A stretch of DNA of 64,000 bases, taken from contig JAQGDQ010000042.1 of assembly GCA_030141605.1 (NCBI GenBank), positions 620,001-684,000 on the forward strand, read 5' to 3'. Both the position numbers and the translations under genes were made by a program. Positions 27,401-41,600 of this stretch are shown here, piece by piece. The first letter of the stretch is position 1. The number at the start of each line of letters is the position of its first letter. A model generated the notes under the pieces. It made no database searches and was not told the origin of the DNA. It was given only the letters and a program-made list of their open reading frames with translations. Source of the stretch: Tubiluchus corallicola (taxonomy: Eukaryota; Animalia; Priapulida).

Positions 27401-30400
27401 TGAAGCTACAAAACAAGAGTATAACCCAAAAACTAGTTAAATATTGGTAAAGTGAACAACAACTGTCGTCACCATATGTACAATTAGCTCTGTGATAAAA
27501 ATAACCTACGAAATGTGTGTTTAATGACTGTACGTACGAGATTTTTCGCAAGCCATTCATTTTCTGCTACCAAACTTTCTTCCGTTCGAGCTTTCTTACT
27601 AACCGGTTCTTCTTCTGATGATGGTGGCGGACGACGTGTACCCTAAATAAAAAATTAACCAGACACTAATAATTACAATGAAAAAATGTTTAAATTTTTG
27701 TCAGGTTTGCTAAAATTTCAACCTAAAATTTGCAAGGACCTATTTTGTTACACTCTTATTATTGTTTTTTTGGCACAGCCATCACAACTGTCAAAGTGAT
27801 AAATAAAATGAATAAATACAGAACTAGTGTAAAAAATGCCCCTTAACTTAGCTAAAAAGCTTTTCTAAGAGTTGCCCAGTCAATTTTGTAAAGAACTGAT
27901 AGCCAGGTATAGCAGGTCATTACGAAATGCTGGGTATTTAAAATGACAAGAAATTTCAGTTAAAACTTACCTGCTGAGGTGGAGGTGGGGGTTGACTAGG
28001 CGGAACTGGTTGTGGGCGTGGTGGCATTGGTACAAATCCCATTCCTTGCGGCATTCCCATACTTGGCTGGGGTCTCATCTGGGGTACAGCCATCATTGGG
28101 GGACCACCGCCAGGTTGTGGAGCCATCATCACCATTGGGGGTCGAGGAGCCATTGGTGGATTAGGCGGCATTGGTGGGTGTCTTAACGGTGCAGGAGGAG
28201 GAGGTGGCAAACTCATTCCAGGGGGTTGCTGCGGAACAGGCGGAGCAGGCTGAGGAGGTTTAGGTGGCTGAGGAGGTACAACTGGTATCGTAGGAGGAGA
28301 AGGCGGTCGAGGAAGTTGCTTCACATTCTGTTGTCCTTTGGGTACCTCCGACGGTCCGATCTTCTCTTTCTCTTCATCTGGTACTAAGCCTTTAATTTTG
28401 TGTATAGCGGCAATCTGTTCCTCAATAGTGATGTGAGCACGGGCAGCCCGGGAGGTGGATTCCATGCTTGCCGTGTGCCCATCCCAGGTAACCTTTTCAT
28501 CTTGTTTCACATCTTCTTCACCGATTTTCTTTCCAATCTGTGTTTCTTCACCGCCCACACCAAAGATATCAGTACGCCTTTCAGCCATTTTTTTCAAAGT
28601 TGTCTCGATGGCACTACCACCCGGAAATACTTCTTCTTGCAGCTCACGAGCCTTTTGCTTCTGTTCCTGAAGTAATCCTGAAAAGTGCAGGCATTAAAGA
28701 ACTTTCAACTTTGAAATCCAAAAAAGTTTTTACTAAAAAACAAATGACATCACGAAGTCAAAACAGATTTTAGATAAGTAAGTATTAAGGTCTTTCATTC
28801 TCATAAAAAAGTTTTCATTCTCCATGGCTACTTTACAATAAGAAACTATTAAACTACAATAAGAAATTGAAAAAATATTTAAACAAGCTGATTTACAACA
28901 TTTCAATTACAAATTCAGTTGCTAATAAACTTACAATACATCAACTAAAAACTTTAATTAAAACAAATCATTAGATACTAAAAGATGTATTAAACAGAGT
29001 AAAATTTTTGTATTAAATATATTTGAAACGGCAATAAAAACAAAATAAAGAGAAGTAGAAGATAAAATATTAATGATAATATACATAAAGAACACATTTA
29101 CTTATAAAAGCATTAGCTGCTCTTTGTATCTTCAATTTGGGTCTAGCAAACGTGCATTTCCTGTGTCTAAGACGTCCGTTTATCTTTCAGATAGACATCC
29201 GAGTGAGTAACTCAGTCCGTCAAAAAGTTGTGTGCAAAATGAATTAAACGAAAATGGACAGTTCCAAAAATGACAACTGAAAAATGGCACAGACTTTCTG
29301 AAATCTTGCCGATATATTTTTCAAATTTGTGTTTCACGTCTTTAATATCAGTGACGTTTATACAGTTAGGACTCTGCGATTTACTTTAACCAATTGCTTT
29401 TTTAAATTGCTAATAAGTACTTTTAGATAAGGATTAAAGCTGAAGAGTGTGTATTTATGCAATGCAGCGATGATAGTGTTTTCTGAGTATTGTCAGGACC
29501 AAAGTTTAATTACAAAAGCACATACCAATACGAATATGATCTTGCATTTTATGAGCAGGTATCTTCTCCCCAGTAATAGGTGAGATGAGATACTGTTCTC
29601 CCACCATTGGTGCTGCATCCAACTTTGGTGCTGAAAAAATACACAAATACACTGTTCATAGACTGTCAAATATAAAAAAATTGCTAAACAGTAAAATATC
29701 AGGACTTTTGCAAACATAACTATGTTGACTAAATATTTGAATTAAGTCAAAAGAAGGGCCTAAAAACCAATACCAAAACCGAAAAAAACATTTAATGCAA
29801 CTTGTAAACTAAAGCAAATATGAACAGTTGTGCGACACTTCCAACAGCACACACCTTTTGGATTGTAATCTTTTCTGACCAATGCTGGATTAGGAAGAGG
29901 TGGTTGGGGAGGAGGTGCAGGTTCTTTGGGTGGCGGTGGCGCTGGAGCTGAACGCAGTGGTGGAACAGGGAAATCTTCTTCTTCTTCACTTGACTCCTGT
30001 TCCATGTCCTGGAAATACAATATACTTCATAACTGAAAAGGAACCAAATTCTGAAATTTTTCCACCATATCTTAAGTGGAAGAAATTTCTAAAAAAAACA
30101 ATTTTTCGTCACTATTTGTTGTACAACAAAACTCTATCCCGCTTTTACTTGAGTAACCTCAGTCAGTTCGTAATAAATACACAAATACTAAACAATCTTG
30201 CAGATGTGTAGTTATACCATTGCACTTATGTATGCAGTAGCAGAGGCAAAACAAATAATAAAGCAACATATTCTTATCATTTGCGCACATTTTTCTGGTT
30301 TATTACAGCAGTTTTTAAGTGACTACTAGTGGGCTAGCGTTTTTGTTTGTGTCTACATACAGCAGATTAAAGTGACACTTACCTAGTATCCGGAATGCGT

Positions 30401-33400
30401 TATGTGTTATTCACCTGTGGGATAGCTGATTATAAAAAAATCAATAGGAAATAGCTACAGAAAAAATAATGCATAACTCAGCTAATTATTTTGCACTGAA
30501 GTGCTATAGGAAGATGCTATATTTACACTAACGTACCTGTATTTGGGTGTTAGTTTCTTTTCCAGGTGGTTTCTCTACCTGTATGTGTTCAACTGGACCT
30601 TCGCTGTCTGTATCACTTTCCTCCTCTTCTTCCTCTTCATCACTAGCAACATCCATCTCGTCAGCATCACCTTGGGCCTGTACCGCAAACATTCAACAAC
30701 TCTTTAAGTTTTTAATAAACATAAAACATTTTCTGCTGCTGCAAGTTTTTTGCAATCTCCAATATTGGCTACTTATGTCTGGGAAATGGCACCTTGAACA
30801 AAAGTTTTACAATCATCAGAAAGTAAGATAAATAAATAGTTGTTAATTTCAGAAATTGGAAACAGTTGGCTGTAAAATGGAAAATATGTCTCTTTATTCT
30901 TTAACTAGTTAATGGCAATAGAAAAGGTCAGGTCTGCATTCAACTTAAGACATGACCAGCCTCAGTGTTTATTAAAGTTTTTTAACTGAAAATTTAATTT
31001 CAAATTTTATTATGTAAAACTATAACTGTCAAACAGAATAAGATGGCTTCACCTGTCATTGTCATCACAGTCATAATCAGCAAACTATGAGGAAAAAACA
31101 ATTCCAGTAAAACCAAAACAAACAAATAAACAAACAAGCTACAACTGCAACAACAACCATCACCAAGATCGCAACGATAACGATAATAACAACACAATAA
31201 CAGCAACACAAATGCACTAATTATAAAATCCAGTAGTTATTTGAAACCCCTACATTTGAAAGTAAAAACCCCACAACAGCATTTTGCGATTCAATCCACG
31301 GTAAATAATGCAAGATCAGTCCACGTGTCTCATTTGCTTTACCTTACACATTTAACTAATGGCATTAGCTAATTTCATTATCAGAAACAACCATTATCGA
31401 TGAATCAGTGACGTAAGATTAATAGCTAGGCATCCCATAATTCTCCTAGCAAGAGGTCTCTGAAATACAACTTGAAATTAAACAATTCTCATTTGCCCTG
31501 ACAAAGAAGCGATTTTTCTGGTGGTCAACATTACTTTATTAACCAGGACCAGGACTGAAAGTCAATGTATTTATTTATTTAATGACGTAAATTACTTTAT
31601 CATTATGCTGCCAGAAGCAGTACATTTTTTTGCCAACATACTTTCATAATTTGACTGTCACTAGTTTTTTCCATTTAAAATAAATTTTGTAGTTTTATCT
31701 GTTTTTTGGAACTTCCTTATATATAGCTCCAGATGTTTTTGTATTCGAGCAACGTAAGCAGACGGTTGCTGGGAGACTGCGGGAGATTTCTGTTTATCCA
31801 TTTTAGCTCCTTGTAGAAATCTTCAGCTCAATACGCATGCGTGCTCTTACGGGGTCAACAACAATCACATGACATGGCTGTGTAGTTGCTTTCTGTACAT
31901 GGCATGGAACGCACGTTTACGAGTGAAGAGCGAAATCACTTATTTAGAATTTTATGCTAAAAAGTAGCCTTCGAGTTCGAGAAACGAATTTCTGGTTTTC
32001 AGCGAGTTGAGTGGTAATTCTTACTAAAGAATTACTTGTTGGCGACTGTAGTTTAATCTCAACGGCAACTTATCAGAAAGATCGTGCAAAAATTCCGTTA
32101 TTCTTACTTGGCAAATCAACGACAAATTTATCGGATTCGCAGAAACTGCCGAAGTTTATGTGATAAACGTCACAATATTTGTGTTTCACGGTACACAAAA
32201 CTAAATGACAACATAAAAAACGTGAATTACCATATCCCATTACAACCGAGACTCTTGAGCACAATGAATGAAAAACGGGAGCATCTTTACAAAATACTTG
32301 TTATTGGTGAATTAGGTGTTGGCAAAACTTCTATAATAAAGCGTTATGTTCACCAGTTCTTCTCACAACATTACCGTGCAACGATTGGTGTAGATTTTGC
32401 ATTAAAAGTTATAAACTGGGATGCAGACACGCTAGTCAGACTTCAGTTATGGGACATTGCAGGCCAAGAAAGATTTGGGAATATGACACGAGTATACTAT
32501 AAAGAAGCTGTAGGAGCTTTTATTGTGTTTGATGTAACACGAGGGTCTACATTTGAAGCTGTCCAAAAATGGAAAAACGATTTGGATAGTAAAGTGCAGC
32601 TACCTGACAGTACTCCAGTGCCTTGTGTTCTTTTAGCAAACAAGTGTGACCAGGAAAAAGACGGTCTTGTTAGTAATTCCAGCCAAATGGATGAGTATTG
32701 CAAAGAAAAAGGTTTTATTGGATGGTTTGAGACTTCAGCAAAGGAAAATATCAATATCGATGAGGCAGCAAGGTTTCTTGTCACTCGAATATTAGCCAAC
32801 GACAAAGCACTAAACTATGAAGACTCATTTCAAGATCCCGATAAGATCACTATAGATGGAGGCAGCAAATTAGTAGGAGGCGAAAAGAAGGGAAACTGTT
32901 GCAGTTAATTTTGTTGTCTGTGCAAATACTTAGATCTGTTCAAAGTCACTGGAAGACTGTTAATTAAATGAATGCAAAAACTTATAATGGATACTGGGTA
33001 GACATTGTTAGTGATGGTGAAAGATTTTAGAATCCAAAACAGTTTGAGCCGAATGTTATACATACCGTCTTGTTAATGTACAGTACGGCACTTTTATAAT
33101 TATTGCGTTGCATTGTGGATTTGTAAATTTTACATATTCAATTGACATAAATTAATAGCCTGAAAACTGTACTGTCATGTGATATGCAAGTATTATAGTC
33201 AAGCTGTTGATATCAAAACTGACTATAGTAATTTATTTTTTGTAAATTACAATATTGGGGCTTTAATAAATATTTTAAATTATAAATAAAAGCAGGCATA
33301 AGGTATAAAAGCTGGCTGAAATTTGAATTTTTAACTTTATTTAACTTATGTAAACAGTATTGATTATAGTATAATATTTTTTTTAGTCTGGGAATGAATA

Positions 33401-35629
33401 AGTGAATCATTGTGCATAATTTTAAATGAACCTTAAATTATGAAATCACTTTTTATTAGTTTCTGAAAACTTAGTTTATGCATTTTGATATGAAATGCTG
33501 TAGTTGAGGCCTATTGTTCAATACATTTAAACTAATCGTGTTCAAAATTTTATTATTAGCCTATCATTTATAAATCTGTGTTACAGCTGAGTAGCTGCCA
33601 GAAAAGTTAAATTACTGTAAATTTACTTTTAGAAATCTGTTTTTAGCAAATGAAGTACCCAGTCCATAAAAGGAACTTTTGTGAGATTGACATATGGGAT
33701 AATACAAGAAGGTGAAACTATACTTAGTAGGTGATTCTGTCCAGAGACAGTTTGAATATTCAATGTCTTTTTACTAGTCGACATTTTGATATTCTATTCA
33801 TTCCATTTATAAAATTTTATGGTTGTTTGAGATAGTGAAAATGTATGCAAATGTGAAAAATGACGCAATAAATAGTGTAAGTTTAAAAATCACCAGTTTG
33901 CATTTATGTTATTGATGTAACTGTGCTAGGTTAGTTTATTCTTTAAAATCAGGGTAAGCCCACATTAGATGGCAAATCGAATAATAATGTGAATGCACAA
34001 AATTTGCCACTCCAAATATAAGTGCAAAATGTTTTAATACCAAGTTTTCAACCCAAGGTATTCATAACAGCATTTAAAAAGTCAAAAGTGCATTTATTAT
34101 AATTTACATGAAGAAAAATCATGGTACCGTTTACTTACAGAACATTTCTTATAGCACAATTTTTTTTCTGTTATACTAATTGCTGGGTAAAGTGCTTCAA
34201 GCACTTGAGTCTGGAAATTGTCAGGATGACCAAAGATGGCTAGGGAAATTTCTGATAAGGAAGCAATGCGAAAGCTTGATCTTTGTAAGCTTGTGCAAGA
34301 ACTAAGTAACTTGTTAGTTCAATATATTCTCTAAGCACGTTTGTGTCCATAGGTAAAATTTAAATTAATGCCAGATGACTTGTACGCAGCAACTAACCAA
34401 ACGTCTTAAAAACAGAGTACCAATCATTTAACAGTTTTTGGAATGCACATGTAATGTACATAATACATACGCAAAAATGTCTAATTTACGCTTAAAATAT
34501 AAGTACTTGTCGTAAAAAAATATTGTTATTAGTACTAGTCGTGTTCATTTTCATATCAGTTCACCATATAGGTGTTTTACTTTTAGAGGATAAAAGTCCA
34601 ACCAGTTTGGTTTTCTCACCTCTGGTAGCACGTCTACCAAACGCATAGTTTAATTACATACTTTCGAATATCAAATTCTGAGTTTATGTGAAATTACTTG
34701 ACATCATGAAATTTAATTTCACTGCTTAGCCTTTAACACTTTAGGGGAGCATAGTTTTGTTTCTTCAATGCATATTCAGCACAATTTTACAACGTTTTGA
34801 TAAATTTGCTACTGGCTAGTAGGCTAAACATTTGGAGCATTACGGCGAGGAGATAAGATATATGTAGCAAGTTTTTGTGTGCAGTCTGATACCACAACAT
34901 ACCATTGTAATTTACCACACATTTATTTTGTAAAACTTATGTACTTTATTCCAAGCTGTCATCGTCATCTTGTTCTTACTTAACTTCCGCTGTACCAGGA
35001 ATGGATTCCCCCGAGAATTTCCTCTATACTTAAACAGCATTAATATCACAAATTCACAGGAAGTTTGACATGTAAAAATTCCACTGATGTTTGATTACGC
35101 ATAGAGAAGCTGGCTTTCTGATAGTTTAATTTTGACTAATCTAAATCCTAAAGCCAACTTCAAGCTTTCCAGCAATACACCCATATCAAATCAAATCAAA
35201 TCATTTATTTTTTTATCCCAATAACAATATAAATAAAAATAGATATAAATAAGAAAAGCCAAACAAAAGGGAAGGGGTGGCGAAAAACATTTGTTATCGA
35301 ATCAGCCACCCCAAACCGAGTATTAAATTATTATTGTGCAATTTCTAATTTTTAACTAAAGAGAACGGAAGTAAACTCCGTTCCTACATGTAGCAACAGC
35401 CGCCATTAGGCAATTTAAATGCGTAGATAATGAAAAATGCGATGCATAACCTCAGAAGGGGTTAGCTACTAGTCTAGCAGCACTCAAATGGGCCAACATA
35501 AAAGCAGTCGTAGACCATTGTCCAAACTAGACGACCGTACTTTTCATTGGAGGATGGCAATTTATGAAACACGGATGAAGATGACGTCAACTGCTGCTGC
35601 TGCTACTGCTGCTGCCACTGCCACTACCA

Positions 35630-35666
<37 letters not shown>

Positions 35667-38600
35667 GACTGCTATTACTACTACTACTCCTGTTGCTACT
35701 GCTTCTACTGCTACTGTTACTACAACTACCACTACAAACAATTTTCCAACAGCAGCTCAAGGAATTATTAAAAAAGAACACGAAATTGTGTTAAACTAAA
35801 CCTCGTTTTCCACAATTGCTTCTTGTTGATTTTGCAGAAAATAAACTGAATACATTAAGTGTTCAAAATACGCAGTCGAGTTTAGTTTCATAAAATTAAC
35901 CGTTTACTTAATTTAGTGAAGACATAATATTGCCATCCACGGCGTTTCAGAACTTGAATTTTGCCTAGTACTACTACTACTACTGCTATTTTATGATAGT
36001 TATAATAAACAACTATCATGGATCAAGTACTGGAAAGGTTTAACGTCTATTCCAATTCTACCGTCGATTACGCAGGTTTAACTCGATCACACTCATTAAC
36101 ACAAGCCCAGTTTACATTCAAAATTCAATGCAGGTAAACATACAATAATTACCAATACCTTGGGCGAACCTAAGCAGTGTTGAATAATAGAAGCACCTAC
36201 TATGTATGATAGCAGGTATCCTGTGGATTGTATCGGAACACCAACGATGGTCTTTCTATGCCTGTGAAATGACTTTGTCTGTGGCCTGTCTAGTGGTCTA
36301 TTTGACCTCGCTAAAAGTGCTGTAAAGCAAGGTGCAATGTAATAAGATGTGGTAACTTTAATAATTCACTTCTTGCAGTACATTATTTGTTTTTCTATAT
36401 ATAGTCGCTCCAAATAAGGCCAGTGAAAGCAATGGAAACGCATTTATGAATATAATAACAATATATTAATATAATATGAATATAATATAACAATAGAGAC
36501 AGACAGAATTCGCTAGAGGAAGTGAATTTGTTGTAGTAACAGCAACGAAAAACAATTTCTTGTAGCTAGCTTGAAAATCTTTTCCAATAACTTTACGAGT
36601 AATCTGAACTTCAAAGAAAAAACCCGAACGAAAAAAATGACTTCATAGACTACTTGTCTCGCGCCCAAGCAACTTGCCAATGTGAAAATAGGCAAGCAAC
36701 AACAAAAAGGACTTCTAGGAAAATTGTCTAGGAACAAATAAAGAAAGCTCATGATAACACATTTAAGTTTAACACCAAAAGAAGTTTAATGTATCAGTTT
36801 CGGATGATTTTGTCCGAGTAAGGAGCTCAGCAGCGGCTGTAAACTTTTCTTCTATTTACTGTAATTATTAGGATGATAATTTGCGTAAACGCGGATCTTA
36901 TAGGAATGTAGTTGTTCGAGTTGTTTTGCTGCAGTTCACGCGTGACTGTCAATACCCAGAATATTTCGCAAATTCACAGTCCCTGTAGTCACACTCAGGA
37001 CAAGTTTCCGGTTGATAAGGAACGCTACTTAGGCCAGATCAAACCGATCCTGTGCCTAAATCCATCAACAGAGGCGCTCTATCAGCTCAAAGTGCAAGAA
37101 ATGATCGACCAGTCCAATCAACATACTGTTAGCATAAGAATGGTATTCAGTAGCTTAAGCAAAATTCACACAAACTCGATCAACACTCAGTGAAAAGTAA
37201 TGCTTGTCAAAATGTCACACTGACTAACAGGGACTGTAAAGGCTGTAACCACAGATTCACGAAAGAGAGCCGACGATGTTTAACTTCGTAAAAACTGTAA
37301 ATTTATACATCTGTGCTGTCTTTTGTGAGTATAAATGCCACAATGTGTATTTGCATATGGAGCAAATTAAATAGCAAATTATGGCGGTGAAAATGCAAAA
37401 GTTTGAAGATTCCTCCTAATAATGACTACATTATTTCAGTTCATTTTCTGGATCACTAATCCTGCGTCTAGCTTCACTTCCTAATATAGGGCACTCATTG
37501 TCATGTAATTCTTTTATTGTTGTTTCTAGCGAGGCGAAGGAACTTTGCATTCGGAATGCATTTCTATTTAGAATAAACTGCCCTTTCAAAGAGAGAAAGG
37601 CTTTCTCTCCAATAAGCAACGTGCACAAACTTGCTCATTTGAGTTAGTTCTTTGCTGAGTTGGTTCCACTTCAAATATGGAATAGCTAGTAAAAACAAGA
37701 AGCGACGAGCTTTGTGTTCTACGCAGATAAGGGATTTGTGGCACTTTGCCGACATTTTTCCCGTCTGATGTAATTAATGGAATTTTAAAACTCGGCGACT
37801 GATTGTAGCAGTAAATCACGGTTTTTATTCTACACTGAATTGTTTGAGCGATGACCAGTCATTTCCTTAATCTCTGAACTCGCTGTCTCTATGTGCCACA
37901 AAAAATTCTGCTTAAATATACTTAAGAACTTATCTTTTCGGGGTGGGGGTGGCGGAACCTTGACATTTAATCATTATCATACAATCATCACTTACCAGCA
38001 AGACAGAGCTTAGGGACATCACTTTATCGTGATATTTATTTCTTGTATGTTACGTATGCCAATCACATCTCTCTCATACAAGAACCATGCACTTGTGTGC
38101 TTCTGTCATTGACTGCCTTGAAGTGAACCAAGGTCATAAAATCTTCAGCAAACTTGCCACCTAGCTCTAATGCTAGTTTGCACAAAGTAATTGACCTTGC
38201 GACTCAAAAACCTATTTAAAACTTGTCTACTCAAAGAAAAAATAATAAAAACTTATTGACCTGTACCCTGATGTCATTACTTGCTCATCAAAAATCACTT
38301 GTTTCATACGCACCAGGATAAAATATTTCAGCTTTAGTTTAACACTGGAAAAGCAAAATGAAATCATTAATTCTATAAATATGTTCTTCAATATTCGATT
38401 ACAAACTTATAATTTTATTAAAACTTGAACGTATTTGTTATCGGTTAAATACAGCGGCTGTGGCTCAATTCAGACGATCTCTAATCAATGGCCAGAAATC
38501 GATCTTTAGGTATTAGCGCGCCGCTAGTCCTGGAATCAATAAGGTGTACAATAAACTTGGACAACGTTGAAAGCATGCACGTGCTACAACATCACAGCTC

Positions 38601-41600
38601 GTAGTAATTAGTGAATAATTGTGAAACACAGCACAAAAGTGAATAATCAAACTTTGAGGTGCAGTAGTCAAATCTTTGATAAACCTTCATTATTAGCAAC
38701 TGTGGCATAACTTGAGGAGTGGCATAAATTCTTGCTCACTCTCGGAATTTACTTCAAATCAAATCTACTATCATTCATTAGGTTAGTGTGAAAATTTAGA
38801 AAAATGAAGTAACTGATTCTCAAACTTAACAACAAAACAAAAACACATGGACTCCCAATTACCGTGATGACAAGCCGAGGTACGCACTCTCTCGTTTGTT
38901 CACAATGATTACATAAATAATACAATATTCATTCATTCAAACAAAAGTGCCCTTATGTGGTGTATTTTAAATCATCGGCTATTTGATCAATGGTGTATGG
39001 GGGCGTACACACGTCAGACACAGCGCTACGCAAAAAAAGGAAAATGACATAATTTATATGGAACTTTGAAGATGAATGCAGATAAAATAAATTATCAAGA
39101 CGATTTTTCGAAAGCGCAATAGGAATGGCACAATTAAGAAGCGACGAGAAGGAGCGAGATTCCTAAACATGTATTTCCACAGGACAACAAATTCACCGAT
39201 ATTACACAAAATAGTGGGGCAGAATAAATAGAATTATACGTACGTATGTACATTGATAAGAACCCACTAATGAGAAAATACCAAGATGCATCAGACAAAA
39301 GGAGAGTTGCAAAGAAGAGACCCAGTTTCAACATTACTTTCAAAAAACTTTTCACTATAATGAAGGTTAAAGCGGCGTCGTTATGTAGCGCAGTGGATAT
39401 TTTTCCTAAAAGGGCTTTGAAAAAGCAAGGAAGATCAAATAAATCAGAGCAAACATTGCACAAATAGTTTGGCTATGGTATTTACAAGGCTATAAAAATC
39501 AGATAGCAATAGAACAAGAACAACTGGTGTTACTGAGTGTCATTTAGCGTTTTTTGGACTTTAAAGCCGTTACTACGTTAAAAATGCTAGTTATTTCATG
39601 AACCAAAATACCAAATCCATCTGTAGATTGTCGGAAAGCCAGGAATGTTATCCAAAACCGATTCATTCACGACGAATAGCACAATCGCGTCTAGACCTTT
39701 TCACGTTGTTTTTATCCAATATGTTCATATTGTCAGTTTTGCCATGGACGAATATCACGTATTTAATTTATCAAAAGCAAAGCGAGGTGCCTCAGAGTCA
39801 GCGCATCTACATTTTGTCTGTGAACGTTCATCTAGCTCGCATTTCAAAAATACGACATTGCAGTATACTAAGTTAATGTGACATTGCGGTATACTAAGTT
39901 AAATAAAGAAATGCATTACTACTGATCATACAATTAATATGATAGCATCACATTTATTAGAAGTATTCTGATGACTCTGAATCATATTATAATTTACAAG
40001 TTTATGCTATATGCTACACATATACAAACTCAAAATCCAATGAGCTCAAAACAAACTCGTGCATATTAAAATGTACATATATGTATTAGGAAAAACCAAG
40101 TTTTTATTTTTTGGCAGTTCGTGGAACGAAAAAAGTTTCAATGTGAAAGGTTAGTCTGTTAATACTAATGCTGTGAGGTTATCAATTCTTATTTTACTGA
40201 TTTAGTCTGTGCTGGTCTTTGCAATAACTGGGACTATAATTGGTGCAACTGCGAACAATCAGCAAATAGAGAGGCAAAAGTGGTGTGACGGCAGCGGCAT
40301 CAAGATTCCTCTCTTTGCATGCATAGAGTAGCAAGTACAGCACCAGGCACCAGTAAGGATACTGAGTAGTAACTGCTCTGATTGTAGTGACTGGAGTCTG
40401 ACTGTGAGTGTAAGCAATCGCGTATTATTGTAAAAGTTTGGACGACTTCACAAAATGGTTTTGAAATTGTGGTTTATAATTCAATAACATTAGATATTTT
40501 ACTTAAAACATGTTTTTGTTTTAATAACTCATTCTGCACCGACTAGACTCGTAACTCAGGAAAGCTTAACAGGATCAGGCCCTAAAAAGTCACTGAATGC
40601 ATTGTGAGTTGTGATTGTATTGTCATGAGAACTTTAATCTCAAATTCGGCCAACAAGGGACTGTTCTTTCCTAAACTTTATTACTACACGAATAAAAATT
40701 GTGGCATTTTAGTCTCAAAATGCAGATTTTAATTATTAAAGGAACCTTAATGAGCTTCATTACTCATTAACTGTACTGTAAAATGTAGAGTGCTGCTGCT
40801 AAGAATCTCTTTTAATCTTACAGGGTTTGGCAACAAGTAATGACTAATGTTATATCATTTGCAAATGGAGGACAGCACACAAAATCAAAACAGCAGCGAG
40901 AGCTTACCATCCGAAAAAGGTGCCGATAAACACAGACTATGCATAGACTCTAAACTAGAAAATAGTGAACAAATTTTGTCTAAGAAACAGTTAAAAAGAA
41001 AGCTAAAGTTTGAAAGAATCAAAGCAGCAAAAAAAGCAAAGCGAAAAATTGAAAAATGCAAGGCAACAGTCACAAAAGTGCCTAAGCAAGTGGACACTAT
41101 AAGAGTGAGTAAGCTTGAAAAAAAGGAGCACATACGTAAAAAATTAGAAGATTCAATGATTTGTGGACAAAAAGTTGTTATTGATCTGAGTTGGACTAAT
41201 ACACTGAACGAGAAGGAACAACATAAGCTGGCAGGTCAGCTTGGCAGAGTTTATGGCAGCAACCGTGCCGCTACGCATTCTTGCCATCTATATTTCACTA
41301 GTTTATGTAAAGATAGTAGACTCTGGCAGACATGCACAAAGAAAAATGATGGATTTGAAAACTACATCATTGATACATACAGTAAAGGTATCTTAGACGT
41401 GTTCTCCAGAGACGAAGTTGTGTATTTGTCACCTGACTCTAAGAATGTACTTGACGAATTAAGAACAGACAAAGTGTATGTAATAGGTGGCATAGTTGAC
41501 GAAACAAAGCACAAAAACATGTCACTACACAAAGCTAATGCAAGTGATGTGTACACAGCTCGTTTACCAATTAGCGAATATCTCGTGGACTCTCATAGAG

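Noticed and set aside
32084-32263. 60-aa N-terminal extension of Rab32 in the ORF track
   Set aside because: Begins at GTG; the first ATG (32264) gives a normal-length Rab.
35488-35799. Poly-Thr / poly-Ser ORFs resembling a mucin
   Set aside because: Produced by a trinucleotide microsatellite; no splice or domain support.
39060-39880. Cluster of basic short ORFs upstream of TRMT10B
   Set aside because: Interrupted by stops, no recognisable motif; probably decayed repeat or UTR.
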